47,341 bases of DNA from Candidatus Micrarchaeota archaeon (GTDB lineage: Archaea; Micrarchaeota; Micrarchaeia; Anstonellales; Bilamarchaeaceae): NCBI GenBank assembly GCA_043816005.1, contig JBDRIM010000054.1:1-47341 (forward strand), in the 5' to 3' direction. The notes beneath the pieces are model-generated. The model searched no databases. It was not told the DNA's origin and was given only the letters and a program-made list of their open reading frames with translations. The first letter of the stretch is position 1, and every line of letters starts with the position of its first letter. Shown here in pieces: positions 39,152 through 47,341 of the stretch. The position numbers and the translations under genes are program-made.

Positions 39152-39912
39152 TGATAAAACGTACATCCAATATTGTAAATGTTCATCTCTAGCTTTTTTT
39201 CAGTTTCTATCTTGTTTGCAATTTCTCCAATTATCTTTTCCTTTATCTTGAGATAGGTTTCTCTACCAACTTCTATGTTTCCAATTGCATACCTCAGTGA
39301 TTTTACATTGAAACAAAACATGCAGTTGTTCAAGTTCTCACAATTGTGACAAAAATAGCAGTCAGTGCAAGTACTACAATCACTTAATTCAAAACATCTG
39401 GCCAACTTTACAGAATTATAGCACTTTATAGAAAAATTAGATGCGAATATAAAATGCGAACCAAAACAGTATTCTGATTCTCTAGGCCAAAAGCAGTAGG
39501 CATCGCATTTTGAGTTGATATACCAAACTCCATCGAAACAGTGTTGAGCATTCATATAGGTTGATGTTTTTTTTAGATCTTGATTCTGACCAAGCATAAC
39601 ATCAGAAGTCACAAATTTGATATCTTTCAATTTCTCAGAAGCATTTGCCAAGGTTAGTATCTTTGTATCCTCTTCTGAAAGTTGCCGTTTACCAAGCTCA
39701 ACTGACTCATCTAGAGTAACCATGTTCTTCTTTATTGAACTGTAAAATATAATGTCCGGAACATAAACTGTGTTATTACTTATCTGGGATTTTGTGTATA
39801 ATGCCTTGCCAACAGATTCCAAAAGCCATGTCCGATAATCTTCCAAATTATATAATTTTTTACCGAATAGAATTGAGGTGGTTTCCTGGAATGCTTTTTC
39901 TATCTCATCCAT
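39079..39912 (-). CDS. Cys-rich repeat protein, B module
   Basis: IEKAFQETTSILFGK, FWPRES, CYFCHNCENLNNCMFCFNVK; 3' end overlaps the convergent gene by 73 nt. Confidence 0.85.
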   Translation of the reverse strand: MDEIEKAFQETTSILFGKKLYNLEDYRTWLLESVGKALYTKSQISNNTVYVPDIIFYSSIKKNMVTLDESVELGKRQLSEEDTKILTLANASEKLKDIKFVTSDVMLGQNQDLKKTSTYMNAQHCFDGVWYINSKCDAYCFWPRESEYCFGSHFIFASNFSIKCYNSVKLARCFELSDCSTCTDCYFCHNCENLNNCMFCFNVKSLRYAIGNIEVGRETYLKIKEKIIGEIANKIETEKKLEMNIYNIGCTFYHYGYFVFPVLTISIFLFLGRYILN

Positions 39913-40693
39913 GAGCATCACCATTAATTATGTCTATGAGGGACGGTATTGTTTTTTTCGCTTTGAGCATGTCACGAATATCTTGAATTAGTTTTTCCTT
40001 TAGTTTGTGATATTCTTCAGGTGTGAATTGATGATTGCCAATCCTATGGCTCTTGTTTCTTTGGTTAAATGAAAACATACAGTTGGTGCAGTTTTCTAGA
40101 CTACCAGTGAAATAACAATCAGACGCAACATAATTTCGAATAGTTTCCATACAACGAACATTTTTGTATGTTTCAAAAGTTTTTATATTAAATTTGCTGC
40201 CTTCGCCGATGGCATTACCACCAAAAATGTACTCGGCAAATCTTAGAACAGACGAACATGCGACGAATTTGCAATCATAAACATCTTGGGTTTTGTAGAT
40301 GAATGAAGAATTTATACAACGATTAGTGATTTCAACATTAAGTGAATTACCAAGCACAACATTACCAATATAATATGCTTTTTCACGTACTGTACCGATG
40401 ATAGAATCGATGTCCTTGATGTCATTTACATTAAATGTGACATTGCCAATTTTTTCCATGTAGATACCGGTTTCATCAAGACTGAGAAACTTGGCACCAT
40501 GACAGACATTTTTAGAAGAAACAATAACTTCTTTTCCAGAAATAGCTGATTTCTCCATACCAAATGGTTCAACATATTTCAAAAGCCAATTTTCATATTC
40601 GGTTAAATCGCCTATATCTTCACCAAACAGCACTCTACATGTCTTTTTCCATGCAGTATTAATGTCGGCATTGGGAGTAGAGTTAATTTCCAT
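39905..40693 (-). CDS. Cys-rich repeat protein, A module
   Basis: AWKKTCRVLFGEDIG, NVNDIKDIDS, GNVVLGNS, CTNCMFSFNQRNK. Confidence 0.85.
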   Translation of the reverse strand: MEINSTPNADINTAWKKTCRVLFGEDIGDLTEYENWLLKYVEPFGMEKSAISGKEVIVSSKNVCHGAKFLSLDETGIYMEKIGNVTFNVNDIKDIDSIIGTVREKAYYIGNVVLGNSLNVEITNRCINSSFIYKTQDVYDCKFVACSSVLRFAEYIFGGNAIGEGSKFNIKTFETYKNVRCMETIRNYVASDCYFTGSLENCTNCMFSFNQRNKSHRIGNHQFTPEEYHKLKEKLIQDIRDMLKAKKTIPSLIDIINGDAHG

Positions 40694-41462
40694 TACCACA
40701 CCCGAGGTTAAAGATATTCAATTTTAATTTTTTGTCTTTTTCAAGTTTTTTGGTTAGTTCATCTAGAATCAACTGTTTGATTTCAGTATATCGTTCTTTT
40801 CCGACTTCGACATTTGCAATGGCATACCTTTTGGCTTTTACATTGAAACAGAACATGCAGTTGTTTAGATTTTCACAATTGTGACAGAATAATGAATCTG
40901 TACAGTTGCTGCAATCACTCATCTCAAAGCAACGGTTGAGATTCTCTGAATTGTAGCATTTGATGCAAAATTGAGAAGAGAAAGTATACGACGTACCAAT
41001 GCTATAGTTTGATTGTCTTGGCCAGAAACAGTAGTAGCAATATTTTGACCGAACCATGGCAACTGACTTGTAGCAATAATGAGAGGAGTAGTAAAAATCG
41101 CAATCGGCAAGGTTACTACATTCGCCATATTTAGTATTAGGAGTAACAGTTGATATTTTTTGCAGAGTGTTTTTTGCATTTGAAAAACTAAGTTGTCCTA
41201 GCTCAGTTGGAGAGAGTTGTTTTTTACCCTGGATGTCATATCCTTCTTCGATGGTAAGTATATTATGTTTTATATCACGATAGAAATCAAATGGGGGAAG
41301 GTAGATTTTTTCGCCGCTCATGATTGATTTGCCATACTCATTAGTAGATACATTTTCAGTTAGCCATGCTTCATATTCTTTAAAATTAGTAAGTCGTTTA
41401 CCTAAAACAACTGTAGTTATCGTCTGAAAATTTTTTTCAAGATCTGCTTCGAGTTTATCCAT
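40683..41462 (-). CDS. Cys-rich repeat protein, B module
   Basis: FWPRQS, FCHNCENLNNCMFCFNVK. Confidence 0.85.
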   Translation of the reverse strand: MDKLEADLEKNFQTITTVVLGKRLTNFKEYEAWLTENVSTNEYGKSIMSGEKIYLPPFDFYRDIKHNILTIEEGYDIQGKKQLSPTELGQLSFSNAKNTLQKISTVTPNTKYGECSNLADCDFYYSSHYCYKSVAMVRSKYCYYCFWPRQSNYSIGTSYTFSSQFCIKCYNSENLNRCFEMSDCSNCTDSLFCHNCENLNNCMFCFNVKAKRYAIANVEVGKERYTEIKQLILDELTKKLEKDKKLKLNIFNLGCGNGN

Positions 41463-42276
41463 TCCATTCACCTTTTCCACTTATTATCTCAATGACTGAT
41501 GGAATTTTTTTCTTTTGTTTAAGTTCATCTTTTATTTCACTAACCAATTTCGATTTCAATTCTGCATATTTATCCTTCGTAAGTTGAACATTTCCAATAA
41601 GATAGTGTTTGTTTCTTTGGTTGAAAGAAAAGAGGCAATTCGTACAATCTTCAAGACTGGCAGAATAATAACTATCTGATGTAACATTGCAATGATATGT
41701 TTCCAGACATCTGATTTGTTTGTGTGGATCTAAAACCTTGATACAGAATTGGATTTCACCACCAAAACAACAACCAAATGAATATTCCGGGCTTCTGATG
41801 GATGTTGTAAATGCAACATATTTGCCATCGTAGACATCTTGGCAGCCGTAAGCGTATGAGGTATTAACGCAACGATGCGAATCTATAACATTGCGTGAAT
41901 TCCCAAGGATGGTGTTACCAGCATAACAAACTTTTTCCTTTATTGTTTCAAGTATTGAATCAATATCTTTAATTTCATTTACATTGAATGGGAAAGTAAA
42001 TGTCTTTTTTTCATATTCAATCATTTCCTCATGACCAATGACTGGAACGTTTTTTGATATGCGGTGAGATGAAATGGTAACATCTCGACCACTCAGAATT
42101 GATTTTCTTTTTTCGATTGGATCCGTATATTTTTTTAGATAGCCCTCATACTCGATCAGGTCACCGATATCTTCACCAAGTAAAACCTTGCATGTTTTTT
42201 TCCACGAGTTGTCAAGCTCTGCTTGGCAAATATTGACGCTAGATTGCATCAATGGCTTATTTAGTTCAGGATCCAT
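41455..42276 (-). CDS. Cys-rich repeat protein, A module
   Basis: WKKTCKVLLGEDIG, NVNEIKDIDS, CTNCLFSFNQRNK. Confidence 0.85.
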   Translation of the reverse strand: MDPELNKPLMQSSVNICQAELDNSWKKTCKVLLGEDIGDLIEYEGYLKKYTDPIEKRKSILSGRDVTISSHRISKNVPVIGHEEMIEYEKKTFTFPFNVNEIKDIDSILETIKEKVCYAGNTILGNSRNVIDSHRCVNTSYAYGCQDVYDGKYVAFTTSIRSPEYSFGCCFGGEIQFCIKVLDPHKQIRCLETYHCNVTSDSYYSASLEDCTNCLFSFNQRNKHYLIGNVQLTKDKYAELKSKLVSEIKDELKQKKKIPSVIEIISGKGEWNG

Positions 42277-43045
42277 TACTATCACCTATATTGAAAATAT
42301 CATATTTCAGATTTTTTGTTTTTGTTAATTCTTTTCCTATATCTGCAAGTATTTTTTCTTTAATTTCACGGTATTTCACCTGAGGTAGAAGTACATTGGC
42401 AATTGCATTTTTGAGATTTTTTGCATTAAAACAGAACATACTGTCACTTACATTTTCACAATTGTGGCAAAAGAGAAGATCACGGCAATTAGACGAAGAA
42501 TCTACTTCAAAACATCTTGATAACAAAATTGATCGGTATGCATGAATACAAAATTGTGAGTTAGTTAGTGCATAACAGCCGAACATGTTTTCGCAATATA
42601 ATGTATAATTTGAGAATCCTATGTTCTTGACTCCTAAATAAGTATCTTCTCCGACATAGACATTTCTTCCGCCCCCACCACCACTTACTTTTTCCATGTT
42701 TTCATATTCTTGATATCTAAAATTACCACAGAAAAAAGAAAGTGGTTTGATAAATTTAGTCATTAGTTCGCCTATAGTTGCAGTTTCAATATCTTTTGCT
42801 ATGAATGGAGAAACGTTTACCCTGTCCATTTCTTCCATTGAAATGATTTTGGATTTGTTGAATGGTTTGTCAAAATAGTTCATTGTTGGTGGGATCCAAA
42901 CATCTTTGCCACTTACTATTGATTTTGCAAGAGTTGGTAGTGGTACGTGCTTTCCAAGCCAGTCTCCATAATCATCGATATTGCTAAGTTTTTGACCAAG
43001 AAGAAGTGCTGTGATTTCTCCAAATGCATGTTCTATTTCAATCAT
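42266..43045 (-). CDS. Cys-rich repeat protein, B module (divergent)
   Basis: IEHAFGEITALLLGQKL, RCFEVDS, FCHNCENVSDSMFCFNAKN. Confidence 0.85.
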   Translation of the reverse strand: MIEIEHAFGEITALLLGQKLSNIDDYGDWLGKHVPLPTLAKSIVSGKDVWIPPTMNYFDKPFNKSKIISMEEMDRVNVSPFIAKDIETATIGELMTKFIKPLSFFCGNFRYQEYENMEKVSGGGGGRNVYVGEDTYLGVKNIGFSNYTLYCENMFGCYALTNSQFCIHAYRSILLSRCFEVDSSSNCRDLLFCHNCENVSDSMFCFNAKNLKNAIANVLLPQVKYREIKEKILADIGKELTKTKNLKYDIFNIGDSNGS

Positions 43046-43049
43046 ATTA

Positions 43050-43820
43050 TCACGACAGTTTCATTAGATCTATTATCGAATATTCCAATTTCTTTTTTCT
43101 TTTAAGTTCATCAGAAAGATCAGTAATAAGTTGGGTCTTGATACGAAGGTAGCGATCCCGATCAAGCTGGATATTACCAACCAGGTATCTTTTTGATCGT
43201 TCATTGAAAGTGAATAAACAGTCTGTGCAGTTGAGCAGATTATAAGAAAGATAGCAGTCTGATGCACGAACAGAAGTAGAAACTTCAAAACAGCGAGTTA
43301 GGGAATTATTGTAGCAGCAACGTAGAATGTATTTTGATTGTCCACTAGACATTGATGCAAAAGAGTTTTCACTCTCTCTTGCAAGATAGCTATAGGCAAT
43401 ATACTTTCCACGCTCTACGATTGAAGAATTAAATACCCCAGTACTATCGATTATTGCATCAGAATTCTCTATGTATTTTGAATTTCCAAGGATTTTGTTG
43501 CCGCCATAAACAAACTTTTCGCCTACGGCGTGTAAGATGGAATCGATATCCTTTATACTGTTAATATCAAGTGGTTTTGATGCAAGATTGTTGAAGTGTG
43601 TTAATTCACTATCATAATCAAAAAATTTTGCCTTTTATGAGTAACTGTTGGATGCTACCCAGACTGATTTTCCGGAGAATGTAGAGACTACAGATTTTCC
43701 GGGTACTGCAACATGCATATATTCTGCAAAGTCCTTCAACTCCCCGATTTCCTGCCCAAATAGAATTTTAGAAGTTGATTTCCACGCAGTATTAACTATT
43801 TCATAAGTTTCGAGTGCCAT
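43050..43820 (-). pseudogene. Cys-rich repeat protein, A module, with one in-frame TAA at 43635-43637
   Basis: ...NSYS*KAKFFDY...DINSIKDIDS...GNKILGNS continues in frame into ORF 43050-43352; GGAGG RBS before ATG 43820. Confidence 0.85.
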
Positions 43821-43976
43821 AATTTTGACCTCCTTATCTGGATTCGGTGGTTTGGTGATTCGTTCTTGGATTTGCCCCAAAAAAACGAGAGCGTGGATTG
43901 CCATAAACGTTGAAAAGTAGAATAGATTTCAGAATTCATGTTATTTTACTCTCTATAACCATATAATAGAGTAACA

Positions 43977-44018
43977 CCGCTGTAGAACGGTTTTGGTTTA
44001 TTCGAGGGGCACATCCCC
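43977..44018. repeat. 42-bp inverted copy of 35738-35779
   Basis: 41/42 identical to the reverse complement; weaker similarity extends ~20 bp outward. Confidence 0.9.
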
Positions 44019-44140
44019 TCGAACCCCTTGAAAAAAAGTACATAAAAACTTTGGGGTTAAGTGGATTCGGCTCCTTCCAACCCTTGCGCATATGATGAAC
44101 AATAAACAGAATTATAAACAGATTCCCACACTAAAACCAT

Positions 44141-44796
44141 ATGGCAGTTCTAGTTCGCAAAGCAAATTTCGCCGACTTGGGCATTGTTCACGGTTATATG
44201 CATGTTACGGGAAAACCAGCATTGGATAATCTAGCTGGATCATGTAAATCTTTAGGTATGCAAGTACACTATCCTGATTTACCTGAAAAAACTGGACAAC
44301 CAAAATTAGCAGCATGTCAGGAAGCAAGCTTCCTGACTGCCATTGTTCGAATCGTCGAACAATAGCATGGCTTGAAGCATTGAATAGAAGTATGCCAGTT
44401 ATTAATGAAACTTCGGCGTTAGTTGCTCTTTCTTTAGGATGCCCAACTGTATTGCAGTTGTTGGCTAGTGAAAAGCGAATTGAACAAGTTGGATTATTAG
44501 TTTTGGTATCTCCAGGTACTCGGCCTGTCGTAATCCAAAAAGGGTATGGTTTCTTAGGCCATTTCTTTGATGGTTTGGATAGAACTTTTGCTCGAGTTGC
44601 AGAAAAAGTCAGACGTATCGAAGTACTGACATCTGATAATGATCCATTTTCATCTCATGTTGATATTTTCGCTATGGCAAAACGACTTGGTGCTAGTTTC
44701 CACAGTATCCATGATGGAGGTCATCTTGATACGGATTCGGGTTTTTACAAATTTCCACTGGTTTTAGACATGATTGCGCCAGTTGTAACCGAATAA
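44141..44796 (+). pseudogene. RBBP9/YdeN-like alpha/beta hydrolase interrupted by a 53-nt double-hairpin insertion
   Basis: IVHGY, PDLP...PKLAA|WLEAL, ALSLG, SDNDP, GGHL; removing 44317-44369 restores the frame. Confidence 0.8.
44311..44369. mobile_element. 53-nt double-hairpin element with 6-bp target duplication AGCATG
   Basis: gtcaggaagc/gcttcctgac and attgttcga/tcgaacaat perfect stems. Confidence 0.75.
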
Positions 44797-44799
44797 ATT

Positions 44800-45516
44800 C
44801 TACCTCATAATTCGCAAAATATCATTCAAAACAGGGAGTAATTTTTTCTCTGCTTTTCTAAGCAATTCAGAGCAGGTAGACGGACCAATCCCGAGTTTTG
44901 CTGACATTTCTTCTATGCTGATTTTTTTGGGTTCTTCATAATAACCATAACGGCAGGCAATATCAAATGCTTCCATTTGACGATCAGTTAAAAGCTCGCT
45001 TGCAAATTTTAACTTTGAAAAACCAGATGTTCTAAAACTGTCTAATGAAACTGATTGGGATTGTTCAAGATATCTTTTTGATTTTATCTTAAGGTCATAC
45101 CCCTGTTCTTTTACCAAATCCATAAAATTTTTGAGGCTTTTAAAGTTTGGTGCAAGCATAGTCACATGATCTACACCTGCTTCGGTCCATGTTGGTTCGA
45201 TCCACATGGTTTTTGTTTTTGCTAATGCAGGTGCAGTAGCAAGATCCTTGCTTTGTCTTACAGATATCTGGGATTTGTGAGTCCCTATAATAATTATTGA
45301 GACTTCTTTGACTTTGTGTTGGTTTTTCCACAAATCAACAACCGAACGAAGATGTGAAGTATCAATCTCAAAAAGATTAGTTATTGTTTTTTCATCCTGT
45401 CCTATTGTTGCCAACCATTTGACTTTAACATCTTTGAGTTTATCAGTAACCGCAATTGAAGTACAATCGTGAATTTGTTCTAATTCAACAATAAGTGGTT
45501 GTGTTTTGTCAGGCAT
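44800..45516 (-). CDS. Bacterio-opsin activator-type (HTH_10) transcription regulator
   Basis: HDC N-terminal motif; LTDRQMEAFDIACRYGYYEEPKKISIEEMSAKLGI...LRKAE. Confidence 0.88.
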   Translation of the reverse strand: MPDKTQPLIVELEQIHDCTSIAVTDKLKDVKVKWLATIGQDEKTITNLFEIDTSHLRSVVDLWKNQHKVKEVSIIIIGTHKSQISVRQSKDLATAPALAKTKTMWIEPTWTEAGVDHVTMLAPNFKSLKNFMDLVKEQGYDLKIKSKRYLEQSQSVSLDSFRTSGFSKLKFASELLTDRQMEAFDIACRYGYYEEPKKISIEEMSAKLGIGPSTCSELLRKAEKKLLPVLNDILRIMR

Positions 45517-45556
45517 AAAGAGATTTTATAATATTGATTTTTATAATATATTGGAA

Positions 45557-46729
45557 TTATGATAGTTTATGATAACTAGGATTAACTTCAAGCCAACGCC
45601 CAGCATCTGGTTGTTCACCCTTCAATCTTTCAATACATTCTCTTGCAGTGGCATCTGAAATCCACTGTGGGATAATTGGCTTTCGAAGGGCATCCCTAAT
45701 GCGAGCATCCATTGCCATTACACGATCTTCTGATGCATGAACACCGCACAAATGACGAGCAATAGCATGAGGATTCATACCGGAAACGTGATGTAAGCGA
45801 TAGATTTCTGTTCTCCATACAACAAGCTGGTAAGTTGATTCGAACATTCTGTATCTATCCGCCATATATTCGCCTAGAAGCATCTGACGAAGAGATTCTG
45901 GAATAACCCTATGTAAAATTGCATCTGCTACAGCTGTTTGTAATGGTTCGGTCAATGAATAAAAGGTACCATTACCTTTACCTAATGCTCTTATAGTAAT
46001 GAGATCTTCCTGTGCAAGTTTTCTAAGTATTGGTTTTACACTCATTGGTGAGCCAACACCATCCAGAGTACCAAAAGTTTTACCGTAATGAGTTAACGGG
46101 GTGATAAGATCATTAACAGTACACGTACCGCCCAAATCATTCATTCGTCTTAACAGACTAAAAGAAAGACCAGTTGAAAAAGTATCAAAGACTATTGGTG
46201 CATTACGATGACTCATATGTCCCCATAGTTGCATATTAGCAGTGGCTCCAGCAACAGAAGGAAGTTTGAATAATTCAGCTGCCTTTTCAAGAATTGTAAG
46301 TGCAGTTCTAATAACTCCTTGTGAACGACGATGAGAATCAGACCCAGAAACATAGGTGCCGGTTGCATCAACTAACTCTTGGGTTGTTCTAAGGCATGGA
46401 ACACCCTCATTATCCAAAATGATTGGCAGGCGCTTAAAAAGATCGAATCTTTTGGCATGTAAAAGGACTCTAGAACTTCCTTCATAGTCTCTTTGATGCA
46501 CCATTTCTTGTGCCCAGAGAAGTAAAATAAATTTATCAACAAGCTCACCATCAGATCCATATGCAATTATTGCTGCTGCAGTCAGATCAAATACGTGAGG
46601 CTTTGTAGCACTAGGTGTGACTGCATGTTGCGTATGTCGCATATTTCTGCCAAAAACTTTTTGGACTTGTGGAAGACAGGCATGAACTTCGGGAATTGCA
46701 ATAGAAACCTGTCTCAATCTCCTAGGCAT
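45557..46729 (-). CDS. Hypothetical protein with possible winged-helix segment
   Basis: SVKPILRKLAQEDLITIRALGKGNGTFYSLT resembles a wHTH recognition helix and wing. Confidence 0.6.
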   Translation of the reverse strand: MPRRLRQVSIAIPEVHACLPQVQKVFGRNMRHTQHAVTPSATKPHVFDLTAAAIIAYGSDGELVDKFILLLWAQEMVHQRDYEGSSRVLLHAKRFDLFKRLPIILDNEGVPCLRTTQELVDATGTYVSGSDSHRRSQGVIRTALTILEKAAELFKLPSVAGATANMQLWGHMSHRNAPIVFDTFSTGLSFSLLRRMNDLGGTCTVNDLITPLTHYGKTFGTLDGVGSPMSVKPILRKLAQEDLITIRALGKGNGTFYSLTEPLQTAVADAILHRVIPESLRQMLLGEYMADRYRMFESTYQLVVWRTEIYRLHHVSGMNPHAIARHLCGVHASEDRVMAMDARIRDALRKPIIPQWISDATARECIERLKGEQPDAGRWLEVNPSYHKLS

Positions 46730-46881
46730 GAATTAGTGTTGTATAAAAAGGAATAAAAGGGGAGGTATAGTAACAAACCGAAAGAGTGAAGGTATTTAAA
46801 ATATTTTGACTATTTAACATTTGTTAAATATTTGTTTTTTGTTGTTGAAAATTTCGCTAGGCGAAGTTTTAGGTGATGTTT

Positions 46882-47341
46882 ATGGGAAAAATAAAATGTG
46901 CAGTTGTTGGTGTTGGGAATTGTTTTGCTGGATTAGTACAGGGTATAGAATATTATAGACAACACCCAGAACAGGAAGTCATTGGTGTTATGCATGCAAG
47001 TGTAGGGCCTTATTCTATCCATGATATTGAATTTGTCGTTGGTTTTGATGTCGGGGAAAACAAAATTGGCAAAACAATCAATGAAGCGATTTATGAATAC
47101 CCAAACATGGTCAAATGGATAGTAAAAGAAAAAATGCCAAAGACAAACGCTATTGTTTATGAAACACCTGCACTTGACGGGGTTGGGCTCTGGGTTGAAA
47201 ACAAAATAAAGCCGATAAAAAGCAATAAAACCACTGAACAATTGACAGATGAGATAAAAAAAGCACTGAAAGAAAATAACGTGGAAATAATCGTATCATA
47301 TTTACCAGTTGGTTCGGAAAAAGCAACTAAATTCTGGGCAC
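46882..47341 (+). CDS. ino1: Myo-inositol-1-phosphate synthase, 5' part (runs off window; absent from ORF track)
   Basis: MGKIKCAVVGVGNCFAGLVQGIEYY...DIEFVVGFDV...SYLPVGSEKATKFWA; AGGTGA RBS. Confidence 0.92.
   Translation, partial: MGKIKCAVVGVGNCFAGLVQGIEYYRQHPEQEVIGVMHASVGPYSIHDIEFVVGFDVGENKIGKTINEAIYEYPNMVKWIVKEKMPKTNAIVYETPALDGVGLWVENKIKPIKSNKTTEQLTDEIKKALKENNVEIIVSYLPVGSEKATKFWA

Noticed and set aside
32284..43820. Diversity-generating retroelement acting on the paralogs
   Set aside because: No reverse transcriptase and no near-identical TR/VR pair with adenine-specific differences seen
44311..44369. BHB-type mRNA intron
   Set aside because: Only a CATG/CATG central helix without flanking helices, and it would change the expected Trp to Cys
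46811..46870. Two hairpins upstream of ino1; similar weak stems at 28226-28260 and 43850-43907
   Set aside because: No clear flanking duplication, so not assigned to the insertion family
46933..47241. Minus-strand 102-aa ORF
   Set aside because: Antisense to the ino1 reading frame

Overview
AT-rich archaeal chromosome segment (rpoE1-spt4, secF-secD, split-type GMP synthase, GGTGA ribosome-binding sites, TATA promoters). A DPANN lineage such as Micrarchaeota is likely, but that is inference. Housekeeping genes are interleaved with many lineage-specific ORFans, a pilin-like cluster, two secretion/HerA-type ATPases and eight paralogous Cys-rich genes built from two alternating module types (fused AB,AB on +; split A,B,A,B,A,B on -). 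Two signals are missed by the ORF track. (1) A tRNA-Ala(CGC) is stretched over 406 nt by large structured insertions in all three loops, two of them bounded by clean bulge-helix-bulge motifs. (2) A pervasive family of tiny, sequence-diverse double-hairpin insertions, flanked by short target duplications and repeatedly exactly 53 nt long, sits at gene ends, in and behind the tRNA and inside coding sequences. No transposase, integrase, reverse transcriptase or CRISPR array was recognised.
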